From contig OZ316892.1 of assembly GCA_973895155.1 (NCBI GenBank), forward strand, positions 12,030,238 through 12,094,237: a stretch of DNA of 64,000 nt, written 5' to 3'. The notes beneath the pieces were generated by a model that saw only the letters and a list, made by a program, of their open reading frames with translations, did not search any database and was not told the DNA's origin. Source of the stretch: Marsupella aquatica. Its lineage: Eukaryota; Plantae; Marchantiophyta. The translations under genes were made by a program, and so were the position numbers. Below are positions 1 to 13,100 of this stretch, piece after piece; within the stretch, counting starts at the first letter, position 1; each line of letters starts with the position of its first letter.

Positions 1-444
1 TGCCCTCTTCTTACTCGGCGCAGGCGATTCTGGTGGAGTAGTCCGCTTCCGCTTGAGCAAGCCCATTGCAGCAGGAGCAGGAGCAGCTCCTGCTGCCCCC
101 TCGCCACTCTCTCCCCCTGCGACTGCTGCTGCTTGAGCCGTCGACGATTTTCCTTGTCTCGCCGGCTTCACGTTACCACCTGCACATCACCACCATTCCG
201 CACAACACACAAGCATCAATCGCACGCTCTGCCTCAGCACTCCGCTCCTCTCGACACAATCCATCATCGAGAAACGCATCAGCCACGCCACGGAATGCCA
301 TCCCAAGCCAAGCCGACCAGTCAACAAGAACAATACCATCCATCTTTCTCATTTATGCAGCTTCCACCATCTCCTCGCCCTCCCAGCAGAGACCCACCGA
401 CCTGCGACTACTGACCTCTGCGGCGGGACCATCCGTTTATCCAT
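1..444 (-). CDS. 5' part of an unknown spliced gene running off the left edge (Ala/Gly-rich, basic NLS-like motif)
   Basis: ATG at 444; exon 444-402 ends GCAG|GTCGGT (phase 1); acceptor GTGCAG| before 179 joins in frame: MDKRMVPPQRSVVAG/GNVKPARQGK...GLLKRKRTTPPESPAPSKKRA. No domain recognised. Confidence 0.35.
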
Positions 445-550
445 AAAACTCTACTGAAATCAAAAATCATCATCAACACAACGCAACACAGGTCTGCTCC
501 GCTCTCCTCGAAGCGCGAGGAGTATCGAGTACACTCGTATAGTGGTACTG

Positions 551-1060
551 CAACATTATTACACACACTCACACACACACACGGTACTAGCTCCCACCAC
601 TCTCCTACAACAATAATATTGTCCCGTAAGCTTTCCTTACAGCATCTCGAACATTAAGCCAACATTATTAGACAGACACACGCGGTGTTAGCTCCCACCA
701 CTCTCCTACAACAATATTGTCCCGTAAGCTTTTCTTAGAGCATCTCGAAAATTAAGCCAACATTATTACACACACACACACGCGCGGTACTAGCTCCCAC
801 ACTCTCCTACAACAATATTGTCCCGTAGGCTTTCCTTAGAGCATCTCGAAAATTAAAAATTAAGCCAGGATGGACCGAGTAGTTTGTTTTGCTCATCTTG
901 TCTTGTCTTGTCTTATCTTATCTTACTAATCATCAAGCGCATCAACTCTAAAACTAAGCCACGATGGACCAAGGGATTTATGTTTTGCCCATCTTACTAA
1001 TAAAGTGCAACATCTCAAAAATTAAGCCAGGATGGACCGAGGGCTTTGTTTTGCCTTACT
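551..1060. repeat. Compound minisatellite: 3 x ~100 bp units followed by 3 shorter TAAGCCAGGATGGACC.. units
   Basis: AACATTATTA(CA)n..TAGCTCCCAC..CTCTCCTACAACAATATTGTCCCGTA..AGCATCTCGAA..TTAAGCC at ~551, 661 and 759; TAAGCCA.GATGGACC..TGTTTTGC at ~861, 956 and 1023. Confidence 0.85.
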
Positions 1061-2147
1061 AGTACAGCTTTGATGAGAAGCTAGAGTTGGGGTCTAGGCT
1101 TCTAGAGTGAAGACTCTAGACCATGACTCTAGGGCCCCACCCAAATTTATGTGGATGTAGAGGATGGGATATTAACTATGTCAAAATGATGATCTTTGTC
1201 ATAATGCCATTAACATTCAAAGAGTAGGCATTCAGGCTGGTCCTCATGACTCACACACACATTGCCTCACTTTACACCCTAAATTGAAATTCACACTAAA
1301 CTCAAATTCACGGATTGCTTTTGGAACGAAGCCTCAGTTTTGAGGACACCCCAAGTAGTTTTCCAAGGCAACCAGGCCAACTATAAAATGCTGGTTTTTG
1401 GCAGAAGTATGGATCTAGTCTTTGGCAAAGTTGTGTATTATTTGGATAACTTTGGGATCTGTATTTAAGCTCAAATATTTCCAGCATGTTGTCTGACTTT
1501 CATTCTATTACCTGACAAAGTTTGATGTTTTTCTGAGATCATTTACTCCATTGCCAATGAGTGCAAACATGGTCAAATTTTATAAACCAATTTCTGATAT
1601 AGCATGCTCATCCTGGAACATGCTTTATTTTTTTTGTCTTGTAGTGATCTGAAAGTAAATAAAATATGAGAGCATAGAAGTGCTGTTATATAAGTAAAGT
1701 GTCTGTCAAGAAAAGCACAATGACCAAGAAAAGGTACACTCAGTCAAATGATGCTACGATGTGTGCACTTAACTCAGGGTGCCTTATGAATGACACTCCT
1801 TTCAATAAAAACCATAAACCTAGGAAAGAAAAACATGAGGAGAACTTAAGAGGCTATGCATTCATGTTCTTCAACATCATTTCTCTCACTTGTGGTGGTG
1901 GAGCCTTTGGTTTCATCTCTAAGAAAACACATACTGTGAAAGGGGGCTGCCAAAATAAGTTCAAAACACTCTAGAATACCTAAAACTAAAGGGGTCTAAA
2001 AATTAATTAAAAATGTATAGAATACAAAGGCTGCCCCTTGATAAGGCAGATTGAAATGAAAATACATGACACAAAAATCTGAATAAGACAAAATCTGAAA
2101 TGTGCATTCACCATATAGCAGCTTCACAAATTTCTGACTGACATTTT

Positions 2148-2345
2148 AGACTTTTTACTTTTGTGAAGGACACCTTGAGTAGTTTGGCATGAGTAGCAAC
2201 TTACCACTTTGTGAGACTTTTTACTTTTGTGAAAAATTCCCTGAGTAGTTTGTGCATGAGCAACAACTTACCAGTTTGGGAAGGATGCTTCATTTTTTTA
2301 AATGACCCCCTGGGTAGCTTGTCATTGAGCAACAACTTACCAGGA
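2148..2345. repeat. Degenerate ~65-bp tandem repeat (about 3 copies)
   Basis: Recurring ACTTTTTACTTTTGTGAA..GAGTAGTTT..CATGAG.A.CAACTTACCA. Confidence 0.7.
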
Positions 2346-3303
2346 TGTAAATTAATGAAATCTGCTGCACCTTGTCAAGAGCCTGTTTATAGCTCATATT
2401 TCAATCAACATTGTAAAGAGTGTTATCGAAGCATTTTTGATGTTTTGTGTCAGTCTACCCTAGCTTTGGAAATCCATGAGGCCTTCATATATAGCAAACC
2501 ACTCAGTCCATTTGAGCTTCATATTTTAGGATCTCACTTGTTGGCCAATGCTCACAAACAATACGATTAATCCGTGGACCCCCATGTTCATCCAAGGAAA
2601 GTGTGTGTGATGAAATGAAATCAATTTTTCAGCAAGGCGATAACCGACGGTTTTGAGTCTCCCGATGGTCTTGGTGTGTGCTTGTACAAAAGAGAACGCT
2701 CAAAAGATAGAGGAGATTTATCAAACGGAAGGTTGAATGTGGAGGAATTGAATGGCGCCCCAAAAATTAAGTTGCTTTTGTCACAAACATGAATGTGCAC
2801 ATTTGTTATTGTTAATTGTAGGATAATTCTTGTTTGTGGCTGGTTGTGGTGATGTGGCGTAACCTCATGGCAGAGAATTTGCAAGAGACCTCTCATGGGT
2901 CCGTAAATAGAAAATCTTCCTTAGAGCATCTCATTTGGTGGCCAATGCTCCCTGAACAATATAAATTCTACAGATGTATTGCCCAAAGAGGCTTGGCTGT
3001 GTGGTAGCTTACGTGAGTGGAGATTGATAGATCTTGGGTTCAAATGTTGTAACTGAGGCTTCCCTTTATGTGGGGTTTCACAGATTTCCCATTCAAAAAA
3101 TTCAAGGTGTATTGATAAGGATTGAGATGACTCTGTTGCAATGGACACGTACCACCTCCAATCGAGCCTCCAATAGTCCTGTAAACTCCCTTAGAGCATC
3201 TCACTTGATGGCTGACGCTCCCAAAACAATATAATAGACGTGCCTTAATTGCCTGGCATTGCAATGACCATGATGTTGTGGACACCAGTCACACTCCTGC
3301 ACT

Positions 3304-4717
3304 AGTCCTGCACGTTTACCTTTAGCACAAGTGTCCTCTCGTAAAGTGCTAAGTATCAAAAGTGACTCTTCTCACCTAAAACCAGGGTTTCGATCCCTTT
3401 AAGAACAGATTTCAGAATGAATTGTATAACTTTTATCACTCCGAGTGATTTAGAGTCTTGAGCTCTATGTTGACTTCACTTCTCAATAAAAAAAATCGAA
3501 TAAACAAACAACAAAGTAACTGAACTTCTGATTTATGAATTAGAGAAGAAATGAGTAAGGATTTAGAGACTACAAGCTGCTACTGCCACTCCTTCAGAAA
3601 GGATTTGGGCTCAGTATAGACATGAAATCTATCTCATAATTCATCCATCTCACTCTTCAAAACACAAAGGTTAATGATAATGGAATTCTCAATCTGATGA
3701 AGCAGAAGCTTTCTGATTGCAAATGAATGATATGATTTAAAATGCCGTCAACATGGTTTGACATCAGCGATACACAATTCAGTCAAACTCTAAACCATAT
3801 TCCAGAATCAAAGCAACGGTACTAACTACTCTGAGAATCAGAATTTACTTCTCATTTATCATTAACTATTCTTGAATTGGCTAGCGAATCCCGACTCTGC
3901 AAGCAAGCCTAGCAGTGAATTCAATACGAGTTTCAGAAATCTGCAACTGAATTCAATCACCACAGGAATCTCTTGAATTCAATCTTAACTTCAATCAATA
4001 TAGCTTTACTTCCATACAAAACACTCACAGCATGCCTTGTTACAATGGAAGGAGGAGAAAACTATTCAGAAGACTCAATTCTGAATACAGTATTAACTCT
4101 ATTTCTCTCTACTTCAAATGAGCATTCTACTCTGTCTTATAAGTGCTGGAATCCTAAAATGGAGGAGGTAAGAACAGTCGTGCCTTTCCAAGCTTAAAAC
4201 TAAACAAGGGAGAAGCACAGCATAAGTACTTCAACAAGGGTGGTAGAATACTACTTTACTAGTAATCTACTTCAAAAACTAAGTGTTGAGCGGACGCTGC
4301 TAGAAGCGTCGGGAGAGTCTGGACGCTGCTAGAAGCGTCTTAAGTAAAACCAACGGACGCTGCTCACACTGCTCACAGCGTCAATACTAGGGTGGACGCT
4401 GCTCACAGCGTCGTGTGTTGAAGCTGACGCTTTCCACAGCGTCGGTCGAAATCCTCATAGAGTCTTGGTGGCGGTCGGGCGCTGCCAAAAGCGTCATGAG
4501 GAGGTTGGACGCTTCCGCAGCGTCTTGAGTAAAAGAAACGGGTGCTGGTCACAGCGTCGGGCAAAGTACACTAGGAATCGTCAGGAAAGCCGGAGATGTC
4601 AAATATTTCTATAAGTGTCCAGAACAAGTAAATGTTGGCCGGAAGGTGTCTAAAGTGTAAGTAAATCTTGTGATATGCTAAAAATAAACAAGTTTCCAGA
4701 AAAAATTGCAGGGACAC
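3304..4717. mobile_element. Possible LTR or LTR remnant of a retrotransposon (boundaries uncertain)
   Basis: Near-inverted ends (AGTCCTGCA / TGCAGGGACA), no real ORF, an internal palindrome array typical of LTR regulatory regions. No TSD could be confirmed. Confidence 0.3.
4293..4558. repeat. Array of 8 interspersed palindromes GACGCT-N(5-6)-AGCGTC with variable spacers
   Basis: Copies at 4293, 4322, 4356 (loop duplicated), 4395, 4426, 4478, 4508 and 4541; the copies at 4478 and 4541 have mismatched left arms. Confidence 0.85.
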
Positions 4718-6832
4718 CCATACCACATGTCCGATTGTCCTAACTTGTAAAGTGCCCGTCGTGCTGTTGATGAGAATGGAGGTCTGAATAGCAGGCTAAT
4801 TGTTTTGTGTCTGCCTAGCTTTCTTTCTTAACTGGTGGCTGACAGTTTGGATTTGGAAGCTGCCATGTAAATATTTGGGAATATGAACTACCAGGGGGCA
4901 GGCAATAGCCAATTTGTTTCTCCATCTGGTTTGTCTGGCTGTTTAGTGGGTGAAAAGGAGCACTAGTGGGGATGCTCTTATGAGTGTTCCTTTGAATGTT
5001 ATCGTGGGCCATAACCCCTTGCCATTTGGCCTCAAGATTTGTTCATTTAAATCTCCTTGTGGTTGGCACGGATTAAGGCCATGATGACTCCTAAACATAA
5101 CCTATTGAAGACTCACAAGGAGGGTTTGCACTTGGTAACCCATGGTTTACCCTTCATGTATGTATTTATGTCTTTGACACACTCAGGGGAAAAACTTTCC
5201 TCATAATCATCCCTTGCTTTGTACAAAGAAAATCACACCGTCATTGCTTGATCAAGCTATCAAACAACATCAATTTATATGGAGCTATTTATAAATGACA
5301 GGAAACAACAATTAAACAGTAACTGAAAACACTTATTGATACCTGCCAGGAAAATGGGTGGTAAAACATTTTGAGAAATTTTTTTTACTAGTCAACATCT
5401 TATTGTTAGCGTCCAGCACTAGCAAGAAGATGCAGTGTTTCTAATTATTTGGAAAATGAGATTTTAAATAATACATTTTTAGACCATCATTTTTTATGGT
5501 ACCAATCAAACTGTTTGCTGTTTGTTGCCGCAGTTGCAATACCCAGGGCTTATATGTTCATGGTCATGGCGCACCCCTTCCTGGGGACCAGGGTTGTGTG
5601 TATGTGGCTAAATCATACATACGCTCTATACCCATAAAGGGGTAGGCCGCATTTTTGGCCGCGTTGATGCAGATACATTAAAGAAGAGCCGAGCTTTTTC
5701 ATTGGCTGAATTTAGCATGTATTTGCTCTTTGAGTGAAAAACATATGATGGCTCCCATGCAATTCAGATGTGAGGAGCCTGTATTTTTTAGAAACTATAG
5801 TAGAATCATACATAATTTCTTAAAGAAATAAATTTGAGGCACATTTTGTAATTGTGGCACACCAAGATGAGAACATCTCTCCAGTACAGTTCCACCCGTC
5901 CAGTTCCTCCTCCAATGCTCCTCGAACAGGAAAGGGCGCACCATCTTTACTTTAAGTAGTTTGTTATTACGTCTTAGATACAGCTCTTGGACAAGGACAT
6001 TCTCCCCAAAAAAGGTGGATGGGTTAAGCCTAATGTGCTTTCCATTCTGGGACGTGCCTGTCTCCAAGGCATTAGATAGCTTTAAGACGGAGATATATGG
6101 TTTTTCCCCCTAAATTTCTTGTCATTTATTAAAATCAACCTAGAGGCATTTTTAGACCTAGGAGCGCTGTCAACAAACTGTCCCAGGGTGTTCACAATGG
6201 GGGTAGAGGGAGATTGTCCCAAGTAAAGCTATACAACATACAATTCACTTGCTCTCAAGGGACTCCCATGCCAGTCCTACTTTCAAGACCTCCTGCTTTA
6301 TCTCTAAAGGGACTGTTCCCCAATCCACTCCTTGAATTTTCCCTTCCGGCCTTTGCTCTGACCCCAACACACGGGTCCTGAGAAATAGTTGCCAAGTACA
6401 AACAGTATGGCTGTTTCAATTCTACTGGACTGAAGTTATTCACTTGTTGCATGGCCATATATTATGTACAGACTGAAGACCTTCAGTGTGTAACGCAGGC
6501 ATACTTGAGTATTCGAGACCACAAGCTTCGAGCAGGAGCAAAACGTGTGCAAGAGAGTGCACTTGACAGCCTTGGGAGAAGCTCTGGATGCACGTTGACA
6601 GATGTTGGTGCCAATGTAGTTAAACATTAATTTAGTGAATGTTTATGGTAAGGCATAAGACGTGGATGGTTGGTGCAAGCATAGGCATGGATGTGGTCTA
6701 GCAACACTTACAACATGAGAATGTTAACTTGGAAAAAGGGCATATATAGCAGTTGGGAAAGTTTGGGTATTGAGGCCTGCAAATACTTTTGCGATTCTGA
6801 CCATGGGTGCAAGCCCAAATTAAAGTGCTAGC

Positions 6833-7176
6833 TGTTAGATATTGCTCTAGTCTTGTGACTCATGAGCTAACTACAGTTAGGCTAACTCGGGTTAGGACTT
6901 AGCTAATGTTAGCGGTAGTGCTGTTGTGCATATAGCCAGGGCTGATGCCAGACCCTGGTGGAACTTAGGCTCATTGTTACGGAGCTAGTTGAGAGATAGG
7001 AAGAGCTTGTGCTGTGGATGCTTGGTATGGCCGGTCAGCCTAGAGTGCAGTAAAGCTCTTGTGTGTTCCCGTGGACGTAGCCTCATGTGGAGGTGAACCA
7101 CGTATCTCTCTGTGTCGACTATTGTGCATTGGATGGTTCATGGGCTTGCCGTTGCGAATGTCGTCTATGCTCAACA
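6833..7176 (+). mobile_element. Solo LTR, family A (copy 1)
   Basis: TGTTAG...CTCAACA ends; flanks CTAGC/CTAGT (4/5 TSD); its 3' ~220 bp clearly match 16242-16464 (reverse complement) and 32140-32374. Confidence 0.85.
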
Positions 7177-7469
7177 CTAGTTGGGGTAACGCTGGATACA
7201 CCAGTCCTATGCCCAACGCAGACCACTGATGCAGACTTGCAGATGGTCTAAAGTGTCAAATACTCTGCTTGGCAATAAGGGGCCATCATCACCAGCTATC
7301 TTTTGCCATTGACACAAAGTTCATGCTATTAATGCAAATATGCCTGCTGGCTGTCATATTGAAATAGAGTAGTGCTAACACAAAGCTGATGCTATTATTG
7401 CAAACATGCCTACTAGGTGTCATTTTGAACTAGAGTAGAACGCTACTTGTAGTGTTCACAATTTTCCAA

Positions 7470-7640
7470 TTTTCAGGGTTTGTTTCTAGTGCCCACATTC
7501 AGATTACAATGCCCATCCACAAAACACATTCTCAGGGATTGTCTCTAGTGCCAAATAATACAATGCCCATCCACAAAAAACATTCTGAGGGTTTGTCTCT
7601 AGTGCCCAGATAATACAATGCTCATCCACAAAACACAACC
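7470..7640. repeat. ~57-bp tandem repeat, 3 copies
   Basis: AGGG.TTGT.TCTAGTGCC..A..TACAATGC.CATCCACAAAA.ACA repeated. Confidence 0.8.
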
Positions 7641-8506
7641 CTATGACGTTTCATATGGTGTTCAATCCAAATCTGCATGGTTAAACGTCCTTTTAAAGTT
7701 TCACATATATATGAACTTTGGCTAAATGCCACGATGCTAAAGAGTCCTTAACCCCAAACCCTAAACTCTTTCACTGAACTAGAAAAATATATTACCTTTG
7801 TTTCCATGTCTGAGCTAACCTAGGGTTGGAATTGATGGCAGAATTAACCCTTATTCTCATTCCTGTCCTGTCTCCCGCCCAGTGCGCCATATGGTTAACC
7901 TCAAGCACATGGTTAAACATATGAATTAGTTTAATTCATGTCCAAAAATAGGGGCAATTTCTCACTTAGTTTGAAATGAGGGTAAACAGGTGCTTTCTCA
8001 TTTTTTCAGGGGCAGGTTCGTTAAAGCCTGATATTTTCTTTCAGTTGTTATTTTCCTGCTGTAGTTTAAATTTGTGCTTTGGTACAACTTGAGTTTGGAC
8101 GCAATATATTTGCTAGCACTCTGAACAGTTTGGGTTTGAGTTTGGCAGCAATGCCATCATCTAGTCCTGTGTTCAAGTATTTATCCTCCAAGCCTTTGGG
8201 ACATGAGCACCCTGACTAATGGAACAATCCGAATCACCATCTACTTGAATGTAACTGGCCAACAGGTTAGTTACTTCTAGGGCAAAGCACCATAACCCCG
8301 TGGACTGGAACTTGAAGTGCCAAAGGTCATGGGCTGAACTGCCAGGAGACAATATTGGAGACCCAAGGGTCAATCATGGTGACAATTTTGTGATCTGGTG
8401 GGTGTGAGTATGGCATGGTAGTGATGGGTGACACTGTGCAAGAACGCAAATCACCTCGTTAAGTATTGAGAGGAATTTGCAAGAGTTCATTAGGTTTTGG
8501 GTACAT

Positions 8507-8612
8507 TGATTTAAGGTCTATCAGGATCTATCAACAGTAAGGACCATTCAGGGGTCATGTACGCTGATTTAAGGTCTATCAGGATCTATCAATAGTCAGG
8601 ACCAGTCAGGGG
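8507..8612. repeat. ~58-bp direct duplication
   Basis: TGATTTAAGGTCTATCAGGATCTATCAA.AGT.AGGACCA.TCAGGGG occurs twice. Confidence 0.75.
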
Positions 8613-8751
8613 ACGGTCATGTATGGTCAGGATCACTCTGTCCCCACAAGTAACACTTATCATTTTGGGGGTATGCAAATTGTTTTTAGTTTTGCATAGA
8701 TACTGGCAAGCGACACATTGTGGCTAGCGCAAAAGCAGAGAGAAAAAGTTT

Positions 8752-8763
8752 TTTCTACTAGTG
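8752..8763. mobile_element. Orphan right terminus of a CACTA element
   Basis: TTTCTACTAGTG is the exact reverse complement of the CACTAGTAGAAA terminus at 37493. No matching left end was found upstream in the window. Confidence 0.45.
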
Positions 8764-10158
8764 ATATATTTCATGTAAATTCTGGATGTTCTTGTGGAAC
8801 TACCTTCCCCTACAAGGATAAAATCTATAGTTACGTGGACCCGCAGAGGAGCTCAATGCTGACTTCTAGAAAAGATAGATAGATTGAATCTATGCTCAAC
8901 GTCTAGAAATTTCCTTGCAGAGTGTCATCAAGCACTCTGTAGCCGGACCTCCACTAGGTCATGCACGTGAATTAGTTTCTCTTCATATGAAAACATTGCA
9001 AGAGTCCACACTTTTAGCTCCAAGATGCTGTCACCAACTTTCTCAGAAATCAGTCTGGTACAAAGAAATCTTACATCTTAAGGTGGTTGGTTTGCGTACT
9101 TTGCCACTTACTTGGCTGCAGCAGAGACAAAGATTGATATCATCATTCCAAAGACAATTCGAAGTTGGCAGGTCCATTATTCCATTGTAGCATGACCTGA
9201 AAATTATGATCAGATGTATTCGCATACTTAACACATAATTTTCTGCTACCATGATAGGCCTATAGAGAAAGGCCTCTGGACGAGTACCTACAGAATCAAG
9301 ATAGCTTCTACGGGACGTTCAATTTGTGTGGCAGCCTCGCCTCCAGGGCAGTGAATGTCAACATGATTGTGTCATCGACCCCTAGACATTAAAATATTCT
9401 ACCGTAAGTCTTTCTTTTTCTCTAAAGTATTGCCTGTTTCTTTCCAGTCCACAATGTTGAATTGTTGACCCATTCCTAGTGGACCGAAGGTCCTCATGGA
9501 TTCAGCAGTCAAAGAGTCGGGAAACACGGCTAGTGGACCCCACTTAAGAAACGCGTTGTCTGCCCAAAGCGACTTAGAAATGGCCCATCTTCCTCTGTGA
9601 ATTGACCGTGAGCACATATGAGCATTATCAGTAGTGCTTTGTGACGGAGGAGCCCGGGGTTGATCAGCTACAGTCCCTAGACTAAAAGCCAGATCCTGAG
9701 ACCGGCATTGCTGAAGCAGAAAGACGAGGTTGACGTGAGTGACGGATGTGTGTGGGTCAAGATTGAGAATCGCTCTCACGGTCAATTCACGGAGGAAGTC
9801 GATCAGCGAGTCGAAGAATCCATTTCAGCTCTGCATTGCATAAAAAGTTCATGATTCTGCATCCTTCCTTGAATTCAACGTGATCTAGCATCTAAAATTT
9901 TCTCATCTCGATCCATTGAAAATGATTCGTCTGATTCTAGGGTGCAATTCACCTTGTCAGCAGCTGAAAGTATCAGATGTGTTTCCATCCTCCGGCTTCT
10001 TCTCTCGAGAATCGAGTGCGTCGGCATATCTCAAGTCCTATATCTTCTGTGCTTACCAAATGTAAATGATGAGATCTCTACAACTGGACAGTACTACGGT
10101 AGCATCTTCTTCCCTTCGAATAGAGAGCCCACGTTCTACCCAGGTTTTTCCTAGCGTG

Positions 10159-13100
10159 ATGATAATAACAGAGGTGAACTCCTGCGTAGACCTGGTGCTT
10201 AAAGCTTCCAAGTTTGCTAACGAGCTCAAAGATGGTTGGTACAAAGGTTCCGCAGAGGTGGATTCGTTCAAAGCCCAAGTCTCGATACTTCGTCAGAAGC
10301 ATGATCAGTGGAGCGCTCAGCTACGAAGACATGGGATTTCGGAGGACGAACGACTTTTGCGGGCAGTGCAGGCAGCCTTTGAGATTCTGGACGAGCAAGA
10401 GCAATACGTGAGCAGACTCCAGAAAAGTCCTCTCTTGCGATTGAGGAGAAAGGCATTCCCAGGCCAGCTTACATATGTTTTGAGAAATGTTGCGGACATC
10501 GTGGACGCTGGGCCTCAGTTGCTGACCACAAGGGTTAATACGTTTGATGTATTGGAAAGAGTCGTAGCCCAGACTCCGGCACCATTGCCTTTTATTCCGG
10601 ATCCCAATTACGTCCCGATTACAAACTCTGTTTTGGAGATACGAACTGCGTTGGAGGATGAACAAGGCCCTCGTGTAGTGACGGTGTTTGGAGGGCCAGG
10701 ACTGGGAAAGAGTAGTGTGGTGAAATATTTAGCACTCCAGTACGAAGAGGAGAGAAAGCAAGGCTTAACACAACCCCAGCGCAAGGCACTCAGTTTTCCA
10801 GATGGAGTGTATTATTTGTTTTGCGGAAAGGATGCTCAAGACAGAGTGAAGCAGTTGGAGGTAGAGCTGGTCGAGTGTCTAGGCTTTGGACCCGGTTCAA
10901 GTTCAGCTCCACCGAATGACCAGACGGGTAACGGAATGCAGGAAGGCGCCTATATTCAGCTACCGTCACATCAAATGAAGCTTAGATCACGCTTAGCTGA
11001 GCAGTACTTGCTCATTGTGCTGGATGATCTATGGGAGCGGAAGGCATTGCAACACCTGTTGCAAATGGTTCCTGCGAAGGGAGTACGATATCTCGTAACA
11101 TCCCAGATGAAAGAAATTTGGGGTCCGGCAGCAAAAATCCAGATGAGATATCCGACTGTTGCAGAAGCTAGGCAAATCATGTCTAATTATACAGACGGAC
11201 TTCCGACGAAGGGAGAATTTCCTCACAACATTCAGGTACAACTTCAAGTCGTGCTACTGTCATTTTCTGTCAGAGATCAGGGAACTGCGTGTACATGTCT
11301 TTCTTTTACTTGAATTACTATTGTCATTTTCTGTCGGACTTCAGTAACTGCCTGTACATGTCTTTCTTTTACTTGAATTACTATTAGCAGCCTTTGCGTC
11401 GTTGGTTGCTGCCATCCGTTAAAATTGTACAAGCACTGTGATCTGAAACAGTATTAGAAACTGTTATCTATTAAGCCTTTACTGATTTCGAGCATTTTCC
11501 GTCCCTTGTAGACTGTGACGGATGCAATCATAGAGAACGTAGGTTACCTTCCACTATCTTTGGCTGACGTTGGCACCAGCGTCAACAGTAGCAGAGCAAC
11601 TGATGCAAGCCATTGGAAAGCGATCAATGATAATTTAAATCATGTTCTTCTTCACGAGGACGACTTTCAGCTCAGTCCGGTTATGTATGAGAAATCTTAC
11701 AATCTCACATCCGGGGCCTCGATGATGCTCATGGTGGAGTCTTTAAGTCCAGATGCAAGGCGACTCCTCTTCATGATTGCACTACTAGGGGGCGACCATT
11801 TGCCAGAAACCCTGGTGAGGTATTTTTACAAACGGATTCAACCGGCTCAATCCACAGATATGGACAGGCTGAACTACGAGAACCAGGAGAAGTACCTGGC
11901 AGATAGGTCATTGGTAGATTTGCACATGCAAGGAAATGCGTCAAGGTGGGAGAGGATGCCCTACATGCACATGCGGAGAACGGTGGCTGGCCATTGCTTG
12001 AGGATGCGCCTCATTCGGGAGAAGAATTAAAACTCTCGATGTTCGGTCTATCGCTGCTCAAATCTTAGAAAGCAGTAATCAAGGTGGAACTGAAGTTATT
12101 GAGAAATGGGATGCAGAGGCAACCCTTGTTAAGATCTTGAGTGCAGTTTACTTCCAAGAACCGTTCACGGACGTCGTAGTAAATAGTCTCGACAGGCATC
12201 TTCGAATCCTCGATGATGGCACCATCCCTCGGAACGTCAGTACGGGCATCGATCCACATGATTTTGTGAAAAGAAGTACGACAAGGTTCCAAATCGAAGG
12301 TCTAGTTTCGCTTATTGACGTCGATCGTGAAGATCCTGCTTGGAAGCAGCAAGCATATGGGTATGCCAAAAAGGTAAGAATACTAATCCTATTCTGCCAA
12401 ACTATTTGCCTGCAAATGCCGTACTACATATCTTAGCTGAAAAATCAACACTGATTAGTGATGCAACAATGTCCAGTTTCTTCGTTCTACGTTTTCAGCG
12501 TCTGCAGTAAAATTGAAATCCACACTGACTTGGTGCGCAACCGACCTGAGAACAAGATGTAAGATGGAACAGAATAGAAATTCTTAAAGCCAATGGAACT
12601 GCCAGCCTATCAAGCTTGGATAGAGCTCACAAAACCAGAATGTCAACATTAAAGCCATCATAGCATACTTAGTAAACTGTAGATACACTTCGTCTTTCAT
12701 CTGGTTTCTGCCAATCATAAATGATTTACTAATGACATTTACATTTCTTATTTGGTGATAGATAATTATCAAGCTAGCCTGTCAAGGGAAATTGGACGAC
12801 TACAGTATGGCAAGCTTGCTTCAACTCCCTCAAACAACCTCAGTTGCTTGTGAAGTACTCGAGAACTACGTTTGGGCCTTTCCTTCCTACGATGGAACTG
12901 AAACATTCTCAAGTGCACATGGCGAGACAATTAATACTCTGCTCGCTCTCTTGCATGATGATGGTGTATCAACCACAAGACGAGTTTGTGTAATCAGGGC
13001 TCTTGCGAGAGTGCTTGACTACGAGAGCAAAGACATCATCCTCAGCGTGGCCGCTAAGTATATGGAACTGCTGGCCATGGATTTCAGTAACTCTACACTC

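Noticed and set aside
66-446. Plus-strand 126-aa ORF
   Set aside because: Low-complexity shadow with a non-ATG start; splice signals favour the minus strand.
4293-4558. CRISPR array
   Set aside because: Repeats are only 17-18 bp with variable loops, spacers are irregular (11-34 nt), there are no cas genes and the context is eukaryotic.
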